DNA of 40,991 nt from an uncultured Candidatus Bathyarchaeia archaeon (GTDB lineage Archaea > Thermoproteota > Bathyarchaeia > Bathyarchaeales > WAQA01): positions 1 through 40,991 of the forward strand of contig CAZBDB010000001.1 in the NCBI GenBank assembly GCA_964490655.1. Reading direction: 5' to 3'. The translations under genes and the position numbers were made by a program. Position 1 is the first letter of the stretch; every line of letters starts with the position of its first letter. The notes under the pieces were generated by a model. The model worked only from the letters and a program-made list of their open reading frames with translations, did not search any database and had not been told where the DNA came from. Positions 1 through 6,129 of the stretch are shown piece by piece.

Positions 1-1344
1 CACGGGTGAGCTCTCTTGGACGCCCATGTACCAGACTCCGCCTTCACCCTCCAAGGTAGGAAGGAAAGCAGCTGATGACCAAGCCCGCTCCTTCAGTTTC
101 TCTTCATACTTGCCATAGAAGTAAGCGTCCGTCGGTAAGTCTGGCCCCTGCTTCATCCCTTTGAGCAGAACAGGCCGATCCACGTACTCGGTTCTCAACC
201 CAAGGGTTTTCCCAGCCCTTGTCGGGCCAAATGGCATGTTGATGTAGCCACCTCTTCCACCAATAGGGTCGTATCCTACGAGCCACCAATCTCCACGCTC
301 GCAGTAGGTCAGTATTTTGTCGATGCGTTTCTTCAACTCTTCTGGGACTGGGAGATACATTCTAGAACCATTCTTCGGTTCGCCATAGTAGAATCCCAAG
401 TAGTCGCCTATCCAAACGAGAACTCCGCCATTTCTAAGCCATCTAGAAGTTAGACTTTGCTGATCCGTCTCGCCGTGCCATATTGGTGGATTCCCGAATC
501 TCGGGAGTATGTCTGCTCCCATTATGACTATGGCTGGCTGCATCTCGATCATCAGATTCCACAGCCCGAAGGAGTCTATCATCTCCACCTCTATCCCAGC
601 AGAGGACAATATCTCGGAGACTTTCTCGTAGTAGTCCATGACATCAGATTCGCTGCCTATTGCCGAGTTGGGAAATGGATCATGATAGAACTTCTCACTA
701 GTTGAGTTGAAATAGAGCGTGAAACTAGGATCGTAGAAGAATTTCACAGGCTTGTATCCCGGCCAGCTGGCCGTAAAATGGCTGAACAGCATGACTCTGA
801 CCCAGTCCAAACCGTTAGCCTCTACCGTCAAGCCCGCTGACAAGGAACCATCATCTTCCTTGGACGCTGAGACAGATCCTAGCGTCAGGAGGTCTCCGTC
901 CTTCAGGCTCGACGGGGCTTTCACAATCACTTGTTGGGTCCTCTCCTTCGGTAGGAGGGAATCCTCAACGGCTAAGGCCAAGACCTTTACGTTATACTCT
1001 TCGCCTAAGTCCCAAGGAGCATCGATCTTGACTAGGCAGGTCTCTGTGGGATTGAGGACCACCTGTTCTACGATACGCATCGGCTCCTCATCCACAGACA
1101 CGCTCACGGGTTGCCCGGGAAAGACTCTCGAGTCAGCCACATCAATCTGACTCAACTTCAGTGGTTGGTCACCAACATTGTCGATAAAGAGAAGAATGTA
1201 GCGCTGCTCCTCGTTGGCGCTCAAAACGGCGCTGACTTCGAAATCGACCTCCCCACCGAAGAGAAGTGGGCTGAGATATTGGATTACTACACCCGCTACA
1301 ATGACTGCTGCGATCGCTATTATGGCGATCTTTCTCTTATCCAT
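1..1344 (-). CDS. Family A surface protein with an N-terminal signal-anchor; partial, 3' end runs off the left window edge; paralogue of 18024..19631
   Basis: Absent from the ORF track because no stop lies inside the window. Read by eye on the reverse strand from the ATG at 1344..1342, it gives MDKRKIAIIAIAAVIVAGVV... and stays open for 448 codons down to position 1. It aligns end to end with the 535-aa ORF 18024..19631 (shared strings EANGLDWVRVM, MDYYEKVSEILSSAGIEVEMID, GPTRAGKTLGLRTEYVDR, GGVWY). Patches of nucleotide identity are roughly 80% by eye (e.g. 540-650 vs 18850-18960). The + strand ORFs 457..705, 752..1150 and 1111..1359 are its antisense shadows. Confidence 0.75.
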   Translation of the reverse strand, partial: MDKRKIAIIAIAAVIVAGVVIQYLSPLLFGGEVDFEVSAVLSANEEQRYILLFIDNVGDQPLKLSQIDVADSRVFPGQPVSVSVDEEPMRIVEQVVLNPTETCLVKIDAPWDLGEEYNVKVLALAVEDSLLPKERTQQVIVKAPSSLKDGDLLTLGSVSASKEDDGSLSAGLTVEANGLDWVRVMLFSHFTASWPGYKPVKFFYDPSFTLYFNSTSEKFYHDPFPNSAIGSESDVMDYYEKVSEILSSAGIEVEMIDSFGLWNLMIEMQPAIVIMGADILPRFGNPPIWHGETDQQSLTSRWLRNGGVLVWIGDYLGFYYGEPKNGSRMYLPVPEELKKRIDKILTYCERGDWWLVGYDPIGGRGGYINMPFGPTRAGKTLGLRTEYVDRPVLLKGMKQGPDLPTDAYFYGKYEEKLKERAWSSAAFLPTLEGEGGVWYMGVQESSPV

Positions 1345-1477
1345 AAGACTAATCCCTAATCTTACATAGAATGCAGGTGGCTAATATCTTTAACAGCGAT
1401 ACTTCTTGCGAGCCTCTCTCAGAAAGGCAGATAATGACGAATATGCAGCGGATGAATAGCCCGGTGCAATCCTCGTG

Positions 1478-1497
1478 AAGACAAGTCTTATATGAGC
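1478..1497 (+). promoter_or_regulatory. BRE/TATA-like box for the family B gene 1518..2945
   Basis: GAAGACAAGTCTTATATGAGC; its core TCTTATAT lies about 27 nt upstream of the GTG at 1518. It is similar to the box of paralogue 16625 (AAACTTTATGAGC). Confidence 0.4.
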
Positions 1498-1517
1498 CTT
1501 GCCTGCAATCTTAGTCG

Positions 1518-2945
1518 GTGAGAGGGATGAAGAGCCTTAGAAAGATCCCATTATCTGATGGATGCTTCGCGAAGCCTGCAAGAGTTTGGGAGCCATCCCT
1601 GTTTATCCTGATTTCAGCACTATTGCTGCAGGTGATTCTGGCCGGCGGATTTGCCCAAAGTAGCGCTCAACAAGAAAGCGCTGAGACAGGCGTCGGCAAA
1701 GTCTTCTATTTTGCATCGCCACTTCAAACCCTGGACGAGGAGTGGAGTGTACTCGTCACTCCTACCCAAGATGATACTGCGGTGAAGCTCTTCCGTCTGA
1801 AGGAGGACGGAACAGGCGACAAGGTCGGGGAAGGAACAGTCAGCGTAGGGGAGCTCTTCAGCTACACAGGTTCGGAAGACGAGAGGTGCTACAAGCTGAT
1901 TGCTGACAAACCTGTTGCAGCCGTTCTCTGCGGAGGAAAGACAAATGAACCTATTGGGTGGGGACGGGGCGCAACCTTCTATCCCGATGTTGAGGGAGAT
2001 TTCGTCGGTAGAAGCTTCAATCTGATACCCATGAGCGAGTATACTGACGTCTATTTCGTTCAAGACGCTGAGGTAACAGTGACCGATTCATCTGGCAACA
2101 TTGTTGACCAGTGGTTCGCTTTCAAGAACAGTACAAAGACGGTTCACATGATCCCGGTCGCTAACCCATGCACGATAGAGTCCTCTGGTGATGTCATGGT
2201 CTTTTCCTGGTGGAATGACTCCGCGACTCAGGTGCCGTCCACAGAAGGATCTCTGGTTGGCAAACGCTTCTTCGTACCGCAACTAGGCACCGGAATGTTG
2301 GGTCAGCGGTATCCAGGTTTCGTGCTTGTTTTTGGCTATGAGGATGCTGATGTGACTGCAGTCTCCCTCAAGGACGAGAGAACAATATTCACAACCACCG
2401 TGAGGAAAGGCGAGTACAAATACTTCTATAACCTAACTGAAGTGACGAAACAGGACAGCATGTTCTTCTACGAAGATCTGTTCATCTCAAGCTCAGGTCT
2501 CATAGGAGTCTGGTCTTCCGGTTCTGAGGGGAGCTATACTCTAAGAGCCATGGGAGACGACATATTCTTCGTTGCAGGCGTGGACGGTGAATACGTCTTC
2601 TATGTCCCAGCGAGGGCATATCTCTTCGCACCCGACAACATGAAGGTGACTGTAAACGGAGAGGAGAATAGCCTCAATAGAGACCAGTATCTTGAGCTGA
2701 AGACGGGAGATTACGTTGTGGACTCCGAAAAGCCCGTGATCATAGAGATAATAGCAGATCCAGGAAGCAGTGTAGCTGGAGGTGCTGCTCCCCATAATGA
2801 CTGGGGAAACGTTCTGCTGTCATATTCATACATAGAACCCACTGAACCGGGAGGCAAAGAAGAGATTGACTATCTAACCATTGGAGCAGCAGTGGCGATC
2901 GTAGCGATCGTGGCGGTCATCATTCTAAGGAAGATCAGGAGATGA
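1518..2945 (+). CDS. Family B surface protein: signal peptide, beta-rich ectodomain built of about four repeats, C-terminal TM anchor with basic tail; function unknown
   Basis: 475-aa ORF with a GTG start at 1518 (alternative ATG at 1527). It has an N-terminal hydrophobic segment (LFILISALLLQVILAGGFAQS) and a C-terminus ...LTIGAAVAIVAIVAVIILRKIRR. Repeat signatures recur: QDAEVTVTD, YEDADVTAVS, PDNMKVTVNG. It is a paralogue of 16625..18010. A TATA-like box lies about 27 nt upstream. Confidence 0.85.
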   Translation: MRGMKSLRKIPLSDGCFAKPARVWEPSLFILISALLLQVILAGGFAQSSAQQESAETGVGKVFYFASPLQTLDEEWSVLVTPTQDDTAVKLFRLKEDGTGDKVGEGTVSVGELFSYTGSEDERCYKLIADKPVAAVLCGGKTNEPIGWGRGATFYPDVEGDFVGRSFNLIPMSEYTDVYFVQDAEVTVTDSSGNIVDQWFAFKNSTKTVHMIPVANPCTIESSGDVMVFSWWNDSATQVPSTEGSLVGKRFFVPQLGTGMLGQRYPGFVLVFGYEDADVTAVSLKDERTIFTTTVRKGEYKYFYNLTEVTKQDSMFFYEDLFISSSGLIGVWSSGSEGSYTLRAMGDDIFFVAGVDGEYVFYVPARAYLFAPDNMKVTVNGEENSLNRDQYLELKTGDYVVDSEKPVIIEIIADPGSSVAGGAAPHNDWGNVLLSYSYIEPTEPGGKEEIDYLTIGAAVAIVAIVAVIILRKIRR

Positions 2946-3355
2946 AATAAGGCACAGAACTTCCTTTTCTAGAACAGGCTACTGGATTACACAACATGGT
3001 TGATACAAAGACGGACAATATTCACTCAAAATACAATCTGAGCAAGATTCCAGACACGGCGTTCACAAGGTCTAGATGCGGCTAAGAACGGGATGTCATG
3101 CGGGCATCCCAAGCGAGCTCGCCAGCTGTGTAGTTCTACATAGCAGAGGAAACAGACAATTGGCGTCTGGAGCTGCGATCTTCCGCCTGAAGCCATCCTC
3201 ATTTCAGTAGCCCATATGGTCCAATCTGATCTAATACTGGAACTAATTCCCGAATTTTGGCTCGCCAAGTTTGTTTCCTGAACAAGGGAAACATTCCTAC
3301 CGATTGTCCGGATCGGGCAATACTTGTCCAAAACTGTCAGAGAACGCTTAAGTAT

Positions 3356-3373
3356 CTAGCGATCTAGCTAGCC
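3356..3373. repeat. CTAG-rich palindromic element CTAGCGATCTAGCTAGCC (contains a 10/12 copy of GGCTAGCTAGCC); candidate operator
   Basis: It lies directly downstream of the TATA-like AACGCTTAAGTAT (3341..3353, + strand) inside a stretch of about 840 nt with no convincing ORF. It shares the 9-mer CTAGCTAGC with 3743..3751 and 5943..5951. Confidence 0.45.
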
Positions 3374-3740
3374 GTCAGTTGAGAAATGGTGATGTAGTAT
3401 GGCACAGAAAGAAGGAAAGTCCGAGATAGACGCTCATATGTTTGCATTGCTGATTAGGAAGATTTTCGAGGAGAGACTTAGGAGATCAAGCTAGTTCGAG
3501 GAGAGTTGTTTTGAGTCTGAGTGAGCGCTGGTGTAGATATCTGGAAGAGCACGAGCGGTTCTGGTGGGTATGCCTTGAAGTAGCGAGATCTAAACCTCAC
3601 TTGTGTGCTGAAGAGGTAGAGGCGGAGGCACTTGACCTACTGAACAGCTCCGAGTGTAAGACACAAAGTGATCTGTTCAAGCCAAAAAGTGAACCTCATG
3701 TAATCATTCAAACTAGCCTAGACAGCTTTCTTGCCTTTTC

Positions 3741-3752
3741 GGCTAGCTAGCT
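3741..3752. repeat. GGCTAGCTAGCt palindrome copy (11/12), 32 nt downstream of the stop of the GH101-like gene
   Basis: It contains an exact GGCTAGCTAGC. A second GCTAGCTTG at 3773..3781 gives a direct repeat CTAGCTTGT x2, or alternatively a GCTAGC stem around a loop of about 20 nt. Confidence 0.45.
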
Positions 3753-3783
3753 TGTGTGTGAACACGTCTACTGCTAGCTTGTT

Positions 3784-5919
3784 TCAGGAACTGGGCTCGA
3801 AGGTTATTCTGTAAGGCGTTCTTGGTTCTGCTGAGAACCTCAAGAGGCCATTGTCCAGCTGAGAGCTTATCTGCTCTGTTTTTCCGTCTTCGCTGAGTTT
3901 CAGAACCTTGACACCTTGTTCCTTACTCCAGTGTCGCGGAACAGGATAGCTGAAGAGGCCCCCGTCTTTACTGTATCCTAGATACACATTGTCTTTCTTT
4001 GAAACGAAGCATGTGAAATCCTTAGAGATTATCTCGCCATTCACCTGCACAGCGTATTTCCTAGCTTTGAAGTCAACTTCAACGTAGCTTCCGTCTTCAT
4101 ACGTCACTTTCTCCACAGGTCCTTCTTTGAAATAAGAGTCCATTTTCTTCCCGCAAAGCTTGTTCCAAGGCAATATGACAAGGTAGTACCTATCAGTTAT
4201 AGCGTGGAGGGTGTATGGTGCTCTCAAGGACCGAGAAGTTGCTGCGCCATACAGTAGACTCTTCATGATGCCTAATTTGCCGCCTCCACCTGCCCCGCCA
4301 TAGCCCGCCTTGCTGTGATATATGAATGGGATAAGAGGTATTTCTTCCTCATTCCGGTAGTACACATTATTCCATACGCAAAGGTTTAGGAACCAGCTTA
4401 CGGGACCAACAAAGATACTGCTGAAGTCCTCCGTGGTTACATCTACTCCATGCTTGTTGAATTCTTCTATTATCATGAATTTGCCTTCCAGGTTCTTTTT
4501 GGCCGCAGCGGGGCTTTCTGGGTTGAAATCGTACTTTCTCCCACCTTTGAAACCCCCAGCTAGCACATCGATGTGGTATGACACTCTTATTGGATACTGT
4601 TTCAGCGTACGACGTGCTCTCTGCAGACCACTCTTCATGGCATACTTATAGTTACTGATTAAGTAGGATTGGCCTGAGTTCCAAACGCCGGCCGCCATTA
4701 AGTGTCCTTCTGTATCCCTGCAAATGGTTTCCGGATCCCATTCTGGACTTGACATGTAGGCGTCGTCATAATTGTCATGAAAACTGACCACCGCATTGAG
4801 TTTGCTTGCTTCTTCAATTAGTTTGACAAGATCCTTGTATCCTCCGAGTCTTTCATTGACTTTGTCTACAGCTGGATAGCCTGTATCGTGACCGGTGTAC
4901 TGCCATCCAGCCAGATACACGATTTGGGGTGCAAAGTCGGTAAGGTGTGCGATCTTCTTTAGCAATTCTAGGGTCTCGGGAAATGTGGTGAATTCCTTCC
5001 GGCCCGGTGCATCCAGAAAGATCTTGTACACAAATTTGTCAGCGTATAATGGGTTGATCGAAACATTGATTTTGTCTCTGATGTACTTGGCAGCGTCTAC
5101 CCATGAAGTTTCGCCGTCATTATCATGGTCGCCTATGATGGATATCAACGCTTCAGAGGATTCTTGAACTAGGAGATGATATTTCGGATCGCGAGCTGGA
5201 ATCAGATAGCCGTATTCCACTAGGTCATATTCCCGCAATCTGAAAACAAAATCTAAAGACAATGAACAGTATCGTTCATCGTCCGATCCATAAATGCTAT
5301 TCCTCATCTGGTTTTCCAAAGAATCGGTTTCGAGTATACCTATCACCCTATCGTTGTAAACGAACTCGGCGAGCAATGGGTTAAGCCAGTCGATTTTGAA
5401 CTTCACGCTTCCGTCGGGAGCTGTAGCCACGTCTACAAGCCGTCCAGCCTCAGCTGGAAAGCCGAGTTTCGCCTGGTTTCCCTCATCCTTTACCGTAATG
5501 AGGCGTGGCATACTAATGCTGATAAGGTGGAAATCCTTGTTCTCAACGACGTTGTCGAATCTGATGGATAAGCCGTTGTCTGTCAGAACAAAGAATAGGT
5601 CAAATGCTACAGCTTCATCTTTTCCATAGGTGGCAATGACGTGGTAGTTAGCTGCGTCTTCAGCGAACTTTGCCTCATAGGATGTCTCTATGAGATTTGA
5701 CGGAAGGAGATCAGCTCGTTTACATATCGCAAGTCTATTAGAGGGCCTGCGCCTGCGGGCTTGGTAGACCTCACCTAAAAGTTTGCCATTTGATGGCTTG
5801 TAAAGATACTCGAATATTGACGGCTCCTTTTTCCCTACTGCTATCCTTACTTTGGGGTTCTCTAGGTAGACTACCTCACTCTTTTCTTGACATAAGTCAA
5901 TAATGCTCGACATATTCAC
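3784..5919 (-). CDS. GH101/GH129-like glycoside hydrolase (endo-alpha-N-acetylgalactosaminidase-like fold); no signal peptide
   Basis: 711-aa ORF. The central region LGGYKDLVKLIEEASKLNAVVSFHDNYDDAY ... VSYHIDVLAGG ... HGVDVTTEDF follows, from my memory of the GH101 family profile, the pattern (..GvHvNatE.. / ..fiYvDVy.. / ..vatEf..). That would place a candidate nucleophile Asp in HIDV and an acid/base Glu in TTED. The N-terminus MNMSSIIDLCQEKSE has no hydrophobic leader. The family call is a remembered motif pattern, not a search result. Confidence 0.55.
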   Translation of the reverse strand: MNMSSIIDLCQEKSEVVYLENPKVRIAVGKKEPSIFEYLYKPSNGKLLGEVYQARRRRPSNRLAICKRADLLPSNLIETSYEAKFAEDAANYHVIATYGKDEAVAFDLFFVLTDNGLSIRFDNVVENKDFHLISISMPRLITVKDEGNQAKLGFPAEAGRLVDVATAPDGSVKFKIDWLNPLLAEFVYNDRVIGILETDSLENQMRNSIYGSDDERYCSLSLDFVFRLREYDLVEYGYLIPARDPKYHLLVQESSEALISIIGDHDNDGETSWVDAAKYIRDKINVSINPLYADKFVYKIFLDAPGRKEFTTFPETLELLKKIAHLTDFAPQIVYLAGWQYTGHDTGYPAVDKVNERLGGYKDLVKLIEEASKLNAVVSFHDNYDDAYMSSPEWDPETICRDTEGHLMAAGVWNSGQSYLISNYKYAMKSGLQRARRTLKQYPIRVSYHIDVLAGGFKGGRKYDFNPESPAAAKKNLEGKFMIIEEFNKHGVDVTTEDFSSIFVGPVSWFLNLCVWNNVYYRNEEEIPLIPFIYHSKAGYGGAGGGGKLGIMKSLLYGAATSRSLRAPYTLHAITDRYYLVILPWNKLCGKKMDSYFKEGPVEKVTYEDGSYVEVDFKARKYAVQVNGEIISKDFTCFVSKKDNVYLGYSKDGGLFSYPVPRHWSKEQGVKVLKLSEDGKTEQISSQLDNGLLRFSAEPRTPYRITFEPSS

Positions 5920-5940
5920 TCGTAAGCACCCGAAGCATAG

Positions 5941-5952
5941 GGCTAGCTAGCC
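5941..5952. repeat. Perfect 12-bp palindrome GGCTAGCTAGCC between the TATA-like box and the start codon of the GH101-like gene; candidate operator
   Basis: It is a perfect self-complementary 12-mer, 22 nt upstream of the ATG at 5919 and immediately downstream (in the sense direction) of the TATA-like CTGTTAATAGCT. That is the position expected for a repressor that blocks polymerase recruitment. Confidence 0.5.
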
Positions 5953-5953
5953 A

Positions 5954-5965
5954 GCTATTAACAGT
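5954..5965 (-). promoter_or_regulatory. TATA-like box for the GH101-like gene
   Basis: Sense strand CTGTTAATAGCT, about 41 nt upstream of the ATG at 5919 and followed by the 12-bp palindrome. Confidence 0.35.
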
Positions 5966-6129
5966 TTCTATCCATCAACGATTGACGGGTCACGGCTAAC
6001 CCGCCTTGGGTCTTCACTAAACGCTGAAACTGGCATACATTCACAAAGAGACACATGATGGAACATCGATGAGGAAGCTGGAAAAGACTGACTTCTTTTG
6101 GGTCTCCTTTAGCGCGCTCTGTAGATCTG

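Noticed and set aside
457-1359. Three + strand ORFs from the track (457..705, 752..1150, 1111..1359)
   Set aside because: They overlap one another and lie antisense to a 448-codon open frame on the minus strand. That frame is a clear paralogue of 18024..19631. Their compositions are Ser/Thr/Pro/Arg-rich shadow-like and they have no motifs.
1620-2795. Antisense ORFs inside the family B gene (1620..2063, 2088..2282, 2541..2795). The same applies to similar nested ORFs inside every long gene, e.g. 4433..5629, 6725..7094, 7744..8113, 8263..9691, 9939..10292, 11070..11555, 13139..14511, 20009..20832, 21242..23740, 24078..26432, 27196..29836, 30416..31708, 31983..35497, 36537..37792, 37830..38237, 38594..38840, 39391..40736
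   Set aside because: All are embedded in, or largely overlap, much longer ORFs that have recognisable domains or paralogues. They lack motifs, promoters and plausible starts, which is typical of shadow ORFs.
2895-2925. A short tandem DNA repeat GCGATCGTAGCGATCGTGGCG near the end of the family B gene
   Set aside because: It simply encodes the repetitive AVAIVAIVAV transmembrane helix. It is not an independent repeat element.
2870-2945. The C-terminal anchors of families B and C and the 628-aa protein as PGF-CTERM/archaeosortase or LPXTG/sortase sorting signals
   Set aside because: No PGF or LPXTG-like tripeptide or pentapeptide precedes the TM helix in any of the seven proteins. They look like simple TM-plus-R/K tail anchors.
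3026-3750. ORFs 3026..3331 (-) and 3511..3750 (+) as protein-coding genes
   Set aside because: They have no recognisable motifs and an unusual Cys/Trp/Arg-rich composition. One has a TTG start and the stop codon of the other lies inside the CTAG palindrome. I kept the region only as a possibly non-coding or regulatory stretch in the findings.
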